Program-made: the position numbers and the translations under genes
DNA from: Selaginella moellendorffii
Lineage: Eukaryota > Plantae > Lycopodiophyta
Length of the DNA: 64,000 nt
Assembly (NCBI RefSeq): GCF_000143415.4
Contig: NW_003314281.1
Span: forward strand, 51,572 to 115,571
Direction: 5' to 3'
The notes under the pieces: model-generated
The model's input: the letters and a program-made list of their open reading frames with translations, nothing else
Database searches by the model: none
What the model was told of the DNA's origin: nothing
Shown: piece by piece, positions 46,147 through 57,583 of the stretch
How positions within the stretch are numbered: the first letter of the stretch is position 1
How the letters are laid out: every line of letters begins with the position of its first letter

Positions 46147-47659
46147 CCTTTGTTTGTTTTGTCTTCTACTAGAGCATGTTTGAGCTTCTTGTTTTGATAT
46201 GCCATATTGACTTTCTGAATGCTACTCAATCTTGGCTGTTGGGCCTTGTTTTCCCACCGTAGGTGAATTTTTTCTTGTACTCACTACAACAGTATCTTGG
46301 CTATCCAATGTTATCATTGTTGAAATAGTCAAAGCTATTGCACTCACTATGATTGCACTTTGTATAGGTTAGGTGTTGCTTTTTCAGGTATGTCTTCAAC
46401 TCTTCCACACTTCCAAATTGGAGGCCACTCTGCTGGGAGGATAAGGACCAAAATAGTGGGTAATTTTGGAGAAGATGGAGCTCCTTGTACACTTTGTTGC
46501 TCTTCTTTGGCATCACTGCTTCTTTGTTGAAAGGACAAGTGAAAACCTAAAATATTTCCTTTTTTGACAAGTTTAGAGATGAAATGGGGTTAAATGTGTT
46601 TTGGATAAAGGGAGTTCTATTAAATATCTTTTAATTTCCACCTTTATATTTAGGAGACAATGGAGAGAGCAAAATGATGCTCATGAAGTTGCCATTCTTG
46701 TAGAAGATGGCACATCTTGCTGCTCTTGTTTGTTTCAAAAGATTTATGCTTTGAGTGAAAATCTAGTTACAAGCTCCCCAGCTCAAGCTTCGAAAAGGCC
46801 AGAGCGAAAGATACAACTACTGCCATAAGTAGGATTTGAACTAAAGTATTGTCGAACTACTTAAGAACAAGCTTCCAAAATGAGGTCCCTTCTGGCTTCT
46901 ACAACTTGTTCTATCCTTTTCTTATTGATGGCATCAAGGTTTAATCCTTTGCTTATGTCTATATCCAAGAAATCTGCGACAACTTCCATAATGTAGGATA
47001 ACGTGGACATAACGACGCAACAGTGTCAAGTTTGGAATTTTGGCAATAAAGTTCCAAATTTATGATCTAATTTCATTTTATATTAAGTTTTTGTGATTAT
47101 CTCAAAGACTAACTCCTGGGATAATGGTTAGCATGGCCAGCCAACCTAAGGTATAGTTTAGCTTTCACTTGTATACCTATCTTTGTTCTACATTCAATAG
47201 GTGAAGCTCCATACCATACTAGCTCATATTCTTATATTAGGCCATTAGTATGTCAAAATAATATTAAATTCCATTTGGCTCTATTTTGCATACTGATCCT
47301 GACATGGGGATGTTAGATGCTTTAAAATTATTTCAATGTCATTTCATGTTTTTATCCCTTTGCTCCTTAGGTTAAATACTCATGAGTTATTCCATGTTTT
47401 AGTTCCTTTGTATACTTGAAAATTTAGCTCCATCACTTACTTTAGTGGCTTAATGCTTTAAAACTCAAATTCCACTTTTGGATATGTGGCCAAAGGTTTG
47501 GATTTGCTCTATGGCTATTCTATAGTATTTCAATATATGGTAAAGGGTGAAAATTATATGCACTACAACTAGATAGAAATTTGTAGAATCTAAGAAGCAC
47601 AATTGATTTTTTATAATGAATTATCTTATCCTATAAATGTAGTTGATATTGCTTCCAAG

Positions 47660-49603
47660 TGTCATGAATATAATTGTGGGCTTTTGCCATTTCCACTTGA
47701 AGTGGAAAGACCACCACTGCTGATGACTTTGCTTCCATTTCCAAAGTTTTCCAGTTTGAAAACTTGGCTGCTTTGTCATTAGTCCAGGCTCAAGGGAGGC
47801 CAACTGCAAGTCAACCCAATCTATGATTTAGTACGTGGTTCTTCTCATCATAACTGAAGACTATCGTGTTTACCTTTTGGACGTCGTAATCTGACGAACC
47901 ATCGACGCTATTGTTTGTAGTATACTGCAAGTGCTTGGATCCGGAGGCTGCAAGTTGTGAGAAACCCAACGACAGCTCCTCCATTCCACATCTCACTAAC
48001 GTCCGCACCAGCCTGAGGGGAAATTGTAAGTCTTTGGTGTCAGTGCACGCGAAACTTTTTATCTACCTTTGTCGCTGCAGCAAGGGCCACGGCAACAGCT
48101 TGCTCTTTCAACCGCTGTTGCCTGTCAAGTTCCTGTCTGCGTGCATCGGAGAGCTTCAAGGCATCGTTGAGCTCAACGATTTTGTCCTTCAACTCCCGTA
48201 TCTCAGTCTCCCTGTCTTGAAGATCGCACCTGGAATTCACAAGAAACTTGTTGGCTTCTTATACAGAGACAGGGAAATTCCATACCGAGCACACACAGCT
48301 GCACCGAATGTTAGTTGAGTAGTGCTTTGGCCTCCCCCAAAGTTTTTAAATGGAGCCATCGTGCATGACCGTTGAGCTCGCGCTCTTCGGCTTCAGAGAG
48401 TTCTGATGCCATTGAAACCAATGCATCTGAAGATGCATTCAACATGTTCTCATAAATCAATTTGCCCGTGCATCAGTAAACAATTGCTGCATCAGTTGAA
48501 ATCATCAGACATTAAACAAGATAAACTTCTGTAGCATACCCGTTTTGCGCATTGTATGAACGATCATACATTTCCTCCGCCTTTAGCTTTGACAGTTCAT
48601 TAGCAAGAGCAGTGCGCCTACGAAAGTAAGAACTTTGAGAACACACGTTGGAAGCAATAAAAGCCTCGACTTACGCTTCACTCTGCTTGTCATAAGCTAC
48701 ACGAACTTCGTGAACATGAAGGGCCACTTCGATCTCACGATCAACCCAACTGTGTAAGACTTTATCATCCGCCTGTAAATCGAGAGTTTTAAAAGCCGAA
48801 AGGAGAGAAGCACAACTATGACCTGAAAAGCGTGTCCATTGTCTGTTAAAGTGCCTGTCCAATGCCTCGAGTTATAGTAACAGAAAACAACAGTCTTGCC
48901 ACGAACCTGCCTCCCGTCCAGATAACTTGCGAGACTCCAAAACCTCCTTCAGGCGTCGTGTAGCAATTGCAGCTTCCTCCGTCTTCCTTTGAAGAACCTG
49001 AAACAACAGTGTTCACGAAGAACTTACGAACTACCAAAAGAAACCATTTTTTGATGCTGATGCAGTGCCCGTAATTTGTGCATTTCATATTCATTTCTTC
49101 GTCCTTCTTTCCGTAACTGTAGCAAGAGGATGTTTACAAGACAATTACAAATTAAATAGATGTTACCTGCTACAGTTCTTTCTCACGAGCAGCCTTCCAC
49201 AACCGGAACTGCTCAGATTCCTGCTTAATTTTTTGTTGCAATTGCACCTTCACACCACGATAACAGACGAATAAAAGAGTAAAAGAAGAATCAGTAAAGT
49301 CCAGCAGAGCACACCTTTTGTTGTTTGATTCGATGGATTTCGTCATGCAAACGTCTCGCAGCCTCGTCACTGCGCTGTTTTTGTTTTAGCAACTGCGACT
49401 GATTATCTTGCTTCTTTTTCAGATCAGCTATCTGATAAAACGTAAGATATAAGCAAATATTTTATTTCTAAGTGGGAAAATCTACTTGCCTGATATTCGA
49501 GTTCTTTAAGATTTTGAATGTATGAATCTTGCATTTTGTGTGTTTGCTCATCAGAGGCGGTAGCAAGATTTTCTAGCTCGGCAAGTAAAACATCTCTCTC
49601 CCT
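47660..49603 (-). pseudogene. Kinesin-4 (FRA1/KIN4-like) stalk and tail exons, no motor domain, premature stop
   Basis: ERDVLLAELENLA, LKKKQDNQSQLLKQKQRSDEAARRL, VQLQQKIKQESEQFRLWKAAREKEL* (TAG at 49170-49172), GKLWKWKQSHQQW..FKWKWQKP. Short introns. Confidence 0.85.
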
Positions 49604-50072
49604 CTACAGTTTTGAGTAAGTAAAAATCGACTCTAGCAAGCCCAACGACATGATCCTCCACAACACATTTGGTTAACCAAGTTTATCATTATTAAATCAT
49701 TATCAAGCTAAGTAAAGTCCCAATAATCTTTGACAAAGTATCTAAGTAATCATTAGTCACAAAGCAAATAATAACCACTCTTTAATTCACCTTCATAAAA
49801 TCCAAACACTAAACTTATATTATTAATTTATATTATTAACTTATATATTTGTCCAACAGAAAGGTAATACACTAGGTACAACATATAGAAACATGGAGAA
49901 GTATGGATAAATTGACTTCTTAAATTCAAGACTCAATCACAAAGACCATGATATTTATATTCATTATTAAGATCAAATATGAAATCTAAACACTAATAAG
50001 AAAAATGATATGAAAAATCAACCTCTAAATAAAATTTCTTATCACTTGATGTAATAATGTTTAGTTGCCTTG

Positions 50073-50074
<2 letters not shown>

Positions 50075-50149
<75 letters not shown>

Positions 50150-50407
50150 TATATATACATATATACACATATATATATATATACATATACATATATACAT
50201 ACATATACACATATACATACATACATANNNNNNNNNNNNNNNNNNNNNNNNNNNNNNNNNNNNNNNNNNNNNNNNNNNNNNNNNNNNNNNNNNNNNNNNN
50301 NNNNNNNNNNNNNNNNNNNNNNNNNNNTATTTTTTTATATACATATATATATATATATTTATATATATATATATATATATAATAAATATATATATAAAAT
50401 TTTAATT

Positions 50408-50493
<86 letters not shown>

Positions 50494-50500
50494 ACACACA
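50075..50500. repeat. (TA)n microsatellite spanning an assembly gap
   Basis: Long TA runs on both sides of the N-run. Confidence 0.95.
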
Positions 50501-50647
50501 CATAAATATAGTTATAATTATAAACCTTATAAATTAAAATTTTCTAAATACCTTTACTATATCAATTGAAATTTATAACATAACATATTTATCAAAGTAT
50601 TCCAAAAAATTAGGAATGTGTTATTTATATTATTTCTTTTATTCAAT

Positions 50648-51101
50648 CTAACATTTAAGAAAACCATTTACATTTTTAAGAATTGAATTTAAATTAATTC
50701 TAGATGTAGTTGGAAGACCACTAAAAGTACTACATACTGCTGATAATTCTACCCAACCATCATATGATATTGCTAAAATTGCTCTATGACATGATAATTG
50801 AAAATCATGACCATAACCCATACTCCCATTAGTATTTGTAATACAATTATTAAGAATAATGTTTGATCTTAGAGTTTTATGAGGTTTACAAACAGCTTCA
50901 AATTGCCAACCATCACTTTCATCATTATCATTAACTCTTGTAAGCTTCATTGTACTAATATCACATGTATTAGAACAATTACTATGTGCTATAACCTATA
51001 TAATATAGAAAAAAAAAGAATAAGAATTAGATATTTAAATTTATACTTACAGAGTACTTAAAAAAATTTATAAGTAAAGTAAAAAATATTAAAAACCCCA
51101 T
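50648..51101 (-). CDS. Secreted cyanovirin-N homologue (CVNH lectin); exons 51101-51051 and 50995-50648
   Basis: Signal-like MGFLIFFTLLINFFKYS-VIA, 55-nt GT-AG phase-0 intron, then two CVNH half-repeats: AVC...SNIILNNCITNTNGSM..FQLSC and LSAVC...SRINLNSILKNVNGFL. Confidence 0.8.
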
Positions 51102-51719
51102 GAGTGCAGCTTAACTAACAAGTATAATCTCCTTAAGTTTTAAAACTACGTTTTTAAGAAATAGTTCCTTTTCTACTATTTCTAGTAGCATAAAAACCTT
51201 AGAGCTTAATATAAACTCATTTTTAATTAAATTATTGCATGTGATTGAAGTGGAACCACTTGTCAAAAACATGAGAAAAGAAATAAAAAATAAAAATAAA
51301 AGAGGTATGAATTTGTGAATAAAATTTAAACAAATGTAATTTTATATTATCAAGAGTTTTTTAGAAGGAAAAAAATTAATATTTATAAAGTCTAAGTGTA
51401 TGGTTACGATGCCATATACTGATATTAATAGCTGTACACTAATATTAATATAGTGGATTTTGATAGCTATCAGATTGGTTTTAATTCAAACTTGCTTTTG
51501 TATATAAGCTAAGGTTTTTAGGATAATGAAAATACATATTTTTGTATTCCATTTTCATATTCTATACATTCATATTGGTGGAAAAGTGTGTAAACTTTTG
51601 AATTTGGACTTCCCAGAAGGTCATCCAGCCTAATACTATTCAAACCCAAAGACACTTAACCCCAAATATCCTAAGATCTTTAACCAATTGAAAAAGGGAG
51701 TGCATTCTTATTTATGGGA

Positions 51720-52360
51720 TCTTTTCCTGTATATTTAAATTCTATAGATCATCTCTCAAGTCGTTCTCTTTAATTGCTTACAGAAAGAGCATTTAATTGT
51801 CCCTGAAGAGTGTTCAGATTTGAGATTTTGGTTTAAATCTAACTTTAACATTGTCTAAATCTTAATTTCCTTATAGCTTTTTTAATTTCTTCTCTTTTTT
51901 TTTTCCTTTTTATTCATCTTTATGATAAAGTCTCCTCCTCCTTTGAAGTTTCTCATGCTATAAAGTTGCAATTGAGCAATTAAACTTAGTTAATTGTAGC
52001 ATTCACAACACATGGTATAGCTCCTCTTGCTCTTGCTACTAATCCTTGCATCTGGCCAGAGTGTTTTTGTGGGAATCCTGAGGATGATGTGTACCATTGG
52101 TTTAATCACTTTATGATGATTGCCACATATCATTCTTTAGATGATGCTTGGCATTTGCGTGAGTTTCCCACATATCTCCAAAGGACGGCATTATAATGAT
52201 ACAATGGTTTGAGCACAATTACTTATGTGGATTGGAGCATTATCCCGGACATCTTCAAATGTGCATTTGGATATGTCGACAACTATAATGATGCCTTTCA
52301 ATAATTGCATCATTTTTGTCAAGGGTTATTTGAGTCGGTGATGCAATTTGGCATTCATTT
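51720..52360 (+). mobile_element. Degenerate retrotransposon gag remnant
   Basis: FCGNPEDDVYHWFNHF...FPTYLQRTAL**YNGL..DWSII..F resembles retrotransposon gag. Confidence 0.55.
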
Positions 52361-52599
52361 CCTAAGTAAGACTTTTTTTGCCTATGCTCATATTCTTGCC
52401 CCTGTTTACAAAATAGTGACAAACAAATAGAAATAAGAACATAGAGAAGAAAAGAAGAAAAGAAAAATAAAAAAAGAATAGAAGATAACTCAATCTTAAA
52501 CCCCAAAGGTGTGAGTAAGGATAAGCAGATATCACTCTCTCAACTCTACTTTACACAAATATTCATAGGCAAAAAAAAAGATGGTTAATTCAATGTAAA

Positions 52600-54400
52600 T
52601 GTATACAATTGTAAGTGGGGGCTGTTTTCCAACACGTCTAAATGTTACTTATATACTATATAATTTTATAACCGTTCCTAACTGCTTCTTGCCTGTTTAT
52701 GACGAGCGTTACCTAGGTTGGGTCTTTCTTCTTTAGATGCTTAAGCTTAAGTGTAACTCCATTTTGTTTAAGCTTCCTTCATTTGCTCTGTCTGGGATGA
52801 TACACAAGATAAAACATTTACCTCTTCATCACTCCCCCATGATAAAGCTATTATTTATCCTCAGGCAATTGGATTCTCTAAATCCTACTCCAGACTGTTG
52901 AACTTGGCCTTCATAGTGATAAACTCAATGCTTCGACCTAGATCATCAAGTTCCTAACATATGATCTAATTTTCCTGGTTGAGCATTGTGATGTGTTAGT
53001 CCTGACAATTGATGCACTTTGTATTGGTGGATGTGGAAACTGCGATTGTACTTTTGAGTTCTTGGATTATGTGGCACTAATGATTCTACTCGTCCATGAC
53101 TCTATCCACTTTCTTGGTGATTGTCTTAAGGTAGCTTAAGACTTATGTGCAGTATTTTGTTGTTTCCTCATCTTCTACTAGTTGCATTGGCTCGTCAACT
53201 AGCTGTTTGCCTCCTCCTTTGATGTGTTGAACAAAGTCCTCCATGAAGCTTTGGACTACTAGCTTGCTCGATTGATTTGCAGTCTTGTGAGCAAAGGTGT
53301 GGCTAGCCTTGACTTTGTAATGCTGTTGTGGCATTTGCTACTGTTGTGGCTACCTCATCTCGCTAGATTGATCAGCTAAGAGTGTGTTGCTATAAGATGC
53401 ATAGGTGGTCTAGAGAAGACTAAGCCCGTACTCCTCTAGTTCACCTAGACCCTCATTTGTAACCTCATCCTTTTCGTCCCGTTGAGTTTCTTGGCCTAAA
53501 CTCACCTCATTGGTTGTGTCTACAACTAATGGTTTTGCAACATCTATAGGTGCATCATATGTCAGAGTTTATGGCCTAAGTTGTGGAATTTCTTTCATAA
53601 CTTTGGTGTTCATCATTTGGCTAGTGTTGTCTGTTTGTGTACTTGTTATTTTCTTGATGCTTAGAAAAATTTATATCGGTATCGGGTTCATCTCCGTAGA
53701 TGTAGGTGAGTCATGACTCTATTCTTGATCTAGGTATGGCATTTTATCACCATACTTATTATGTCTAGCTTTTCCACGGCATACTCAGCCACTAGATTTC
53801 TGCAGAATGAACTCTGGTAGTCTTGTAGTTTGGATTTTTAGATCAAGGTAGAGTTTCTTTTTGAGGGGAGAATTATCTTGGCCTGAATCTATATCATTGG
53901 GATTTTAAGAAGTTTGTTCCACATCCACATCCCTCACGAGTGTTCTTTCCCTTGCTATCTCCCTCAAAAGAGATACTAAAGGTGGTGGCTCAATGGCAAA
54001 GAGAGGTATGGGATTCTCCTGAGTTATGTAATGCTTGTAGATGTGTTGCAAAAAGATAATGACTCCTATCTTCACTTGCCTTCCCTTGCCTACTTGTAAG
54101 GTAACATACTTCATTTTGGCTACAAATCCATTATAGGCAAAATGAGTTATGTTTATTTGCCATCTAGTCTTAATAGCTTGTAATAGACAAGTTATCTTGA
54201 TGCTGGTATTTTGTGCAATTGTCCTCCTGTCGATAATGGCACATAACATCTTAAGCTTAGCATGATAGCTAAGCTTTAAGTAAGTGAAGTTGCTTCTTTG
54301 TTCAGATGTGTAGTTAGGAAGGATCCTTCTTGCTTATCATGATTATTTTACCATTGTTGTCTAGGCAAAAATTCTGAGCAAATTGGGTAAGTCCAAAAGG
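52600..54400 (-). mobile_element. 3' end of a degenerate LTR element (LTR start near 52831 preceded by a PPT; upstream accessory-ORF-like remnant)
   Basis: Minus strand reads ATGGGGGAG-TGATG at ~52831. The LTR part matches 45850-46146. LCAIIDRR..ITCLLQAIKTRWQINITHF resembles plant transposon accessory ORFs. Confidence 0.4.
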
Positions 54401-56718
54401 ACAGACTTACCTGCAAAAGAGAAATGCATGCTTTATTGAGTACCACTTCTGCATGAGCTTGATCCCTTGCTCAATTGATATTTCTCCTTCAAGCAACTCC
54501 GTATAAATAAGTAATTCAAAAGCATCAATCCAAAATTTTTCATAGAGAGAAAGCACAAGCTCCATGACAACTTCACTTGGCTATAGTCAAGTTCCTTGTC
54601 ACCAGATGAGATTCCCTCCACATGCTCATCTTGCTTAGCCATTTTTGCCATTCGTGAAGATTTGAAGGCAAAACATTCGGTGTTAGGCAACCAGGAGATG
54701 CAGTGCGGTGCCGATGGAGGTGCCCAATTATAACTTGTAAAGGATTTATAAAATTTTGCCTATTAAACAATTATTGAAATTTTATGCAATCTTAGACAAA
54801 GAAGTTATTGTGGGAACTTTAACAATTCATAATAAAGCTTGGACACCCATAAGCAGAAATACATTTACTGAATTGGGCTAATAGACATTGGATCAATTAA
54901 GTCGTTTTAGGATGCAAGGCACATAAGTCCTAATACCTAGATAAAATTTGAATTTAAAACTTACTAAGCAAGTTACTATGGAGATTAAGTTTCTAGATTA
55001 AGTGTAGATTAGTTTCCAAAGCTTTTATAAAAGCATAGTTTGAGGACTTTATACTTAGTGTATTTAATATAAATTCTTTTTTTCTTCTCTATTGTTTTAG
55101 CATTTTATTAATAGTTTTGTCATCTTTCTGCTTCTCAATAACAAGCTCCTAACAGTTTAAACACTTTTATATCAATAGCTTTCTTAAATCCTTTTCTTCA
55201 ATTAAATCTTGATACTTTATGAAAGTTATATAAAGCATTAGAGCAATCTAATATGGCATTTCATTTGTAGCTCTAGCAAATTATTTAGCATCAACAATGG
55301 TTTTTAGTTTAAAGCCAAAGATTAATATGCTAATAAAATTTGATAGCATGTGATCTGAGTTCCATGGATTCTTTAACCAAATTAGGCTTTGAGTAGTTAT
55401 ATAGTTTAGCCGCTCTAACTTCTTGTTTAAATCTCTTTTTATTAAGACACTTCTTTCCTAGTTTTATCCCTTTTTGAAAAGAGCAATCTTGTTCTTTCGA
55501 ATTTCAGTCTCTTTATTCAATGCTTCATCAACATGTTCAATGATAATGATAAAGTGCATCACCAACAAGGCTTTAAATCCTCATCCACTATGCATTGGAG
55601 TTTTAATGGTCACCATTAATATTTTATGGGGCGATGCAAGGATCTAAACTAGCACCAGCCTAATCATGTCTGGATCTAGACCGTACAATATAAGTATAAG
55701 AATAACCAAGTAAAAAATCTGTATAATGTTGACAGAATGCAAAATGCCAGCACGAAAAAGCAGTGTGGAGTGGAGCCAGAGCTAAAGTTATTCTCAAGAT
55801 GGTGGCCAACTACAATATGCGCAGCCTCGGCCGCATGGGAGCAGTGTTAGGTGCCATCTTTGACTACGTGGTCAATGTTGGTCAAAGGGAGGCTCAAGGG
55901 TATATTAAGGCATGTTAGGGTAAGGGACTTAACCTACTCTAGGGCTCACAGTGGAGCTTTTGAGGTAGCTCGGGGGTGGTTGGGTGGTGAGGAACCTCAA
56001 GAGGTGGCGTAGCATAGTCTAGGGCGACTAGATCTCTGTCTTTTTGCGCCGGATCATAACATTGGTATCAGAGGAGTTGGTTGTGATGGCCGACCAAGCT
56101 GAATGCTGGAATCCTATTGTCGATGGTGGTGCCGACAATGGTGCTGACGAAGCTGCGGAGATTTGGACCATTCAAGATGTGGTTCATGAGCTGTGAGCCC
56201 TTAATAAAAATCAGCAAGAGATGCAAGACGAGATGCATGGCATGATGGATACCATGCGTGGGCGTGTTGAGGCACTCGAGGCTGGACGGGGTAGCGCTCC
56301 AAGTAAGCCTTCTTTGGTAGATCAACTCAAGATTCCAACTTTTTCTAGTGATGCCGGTGTGGATGAGTGTCTCGCTTGGCTAGCTAATGTGAAGAAGTTC
56401 TTGGCTGCTAGAGGACCCCAGATGCAGAGGCTCTACTGGCTATTCCGATAGTTTTGTGTGATGTGGGTCTTCGATGGTGGAATTGGCTTGAGGAGTCCTG
56501 TGTTGCAGATAAGAAACCACCAGTGTCTACCATGGATGAATTTGAGGCTGCTTTCCGTTTACGTTTTGCCCCTTATTACAATGTGGAGAATGCTTGTACG
56601 GAACTTCGACATTTCCAGCAAGGGAAAATGATGCTCTGGGACTATATTGAGAAGCTTACTAGCTTGATTAGTCGTGTTCCAACGAAGGATCCAGATCAGA
56701 ACAAGTCCTACTTCATTG

Positions 56719-57583
56719 TGTAAGCCACAAATTTTTCCTTTCCAATTTGCCAGCTTACCTCGTCTATCCGACCAACTCTACTTGGCTTGTGCTAAATTCC
56801 CTCGCCAAGGTTCTCGCCTATGGTACCAGCTCCTGCTTGGTCCTACTTGGTTTCAGCTACTCACTGCACGAGCAACGGAGTGTTAGCCATCCATCTACGG
56901 ATTCCCAAATCTCTCCCAATCCCCCTCCCCGGGTTAGACTAGACTTAAGGTTCGGCTACACTCCCCGCAGGCACAAGCAGCCAAGCACACTTCCTTGGAT
57001 GGCCCCTCCGGCACCCGCCAAGTCCATGCTCACTCCCACCCAAGGCCCCTCGGTCCCAGTCTCAACCTCAAGTCGGTTTGGAAGCCCAACTGGAGAGTCC
57101 CTTCAAAATTGGTTTCTGGACCTCTCTATCCCTACTATACTTTTGGAACCCCCTGCAGCCCCCCCCCCCCTGGGAGACGCATGCTTTGGGCTTTCACCCC
57201 TTGACCCGTATTAGTATTTGGACTTAGTCTCTGGCTCGATCTCGGACCCGATTTCAGATCCGACTTTGGATTCGGTCTCGGACTCGATCTTGGACTCGAT
57301 CTCAGACCCGACCTCGGACTCGACCTCGGACTCGACCTCGGACTCGGTCTCGGACCCGATTTCGGATCTCGGACTCCGTCTCGAACTCGGTCTCGAACTC
57401 GGACTCGAACTCANNNNNNNNNNNNNNNNNNNNNNNNNNNNNNNNNNNNNNNNNNNNNNNNNNNNNNNNNNNNNNNNNNNNNNNNNNNNNNNNNNNNNNN
57501 NNNNNNNNNNNNNNNNNNNNNNNNNNNNNNNNNNNNNNNNNNNNNNNNNNNNNNNNNNNNNCTCGGCGAGTTGGTTCCTTACA
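56719..57583. mobile_element. Nested solo-LTR-like insertion in gypsy gag, TSD CATTG
   Basis: Ends TGTAAG...CTTACA. CATTG at 56714-56718 and 57584-57588. Removal restores gag KSYFIDGL. Contains an N gap. Confidence 0.8.
57220..57412. repeat. Hexamer/dodecamer tandem repeat (TCGGAC/TCGAAC/TCGATC variants) inside the nested LTR
   Basis: Directly visible array running into the gap. Confidence 0.85.

Noticed and set aside
49993-50569. YI-repeat ORFs
   Set aside because: Translations of a (TA)n microsatellite plus an N gap.
54410-54770. Upstream kinesin exons, which would nest CVNH in a kinesin intron
   Set aside because: Exon-like sequence is present but no kinesin-4 similarity could be recognised.
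56194-56196. Shared in-frame TGA early in gag of both gypsy copies as programmed readthrough
   Set aside because: More simply explained by CGA-to-TGA deamination or a shared defective ancestor; both copies have other stops.
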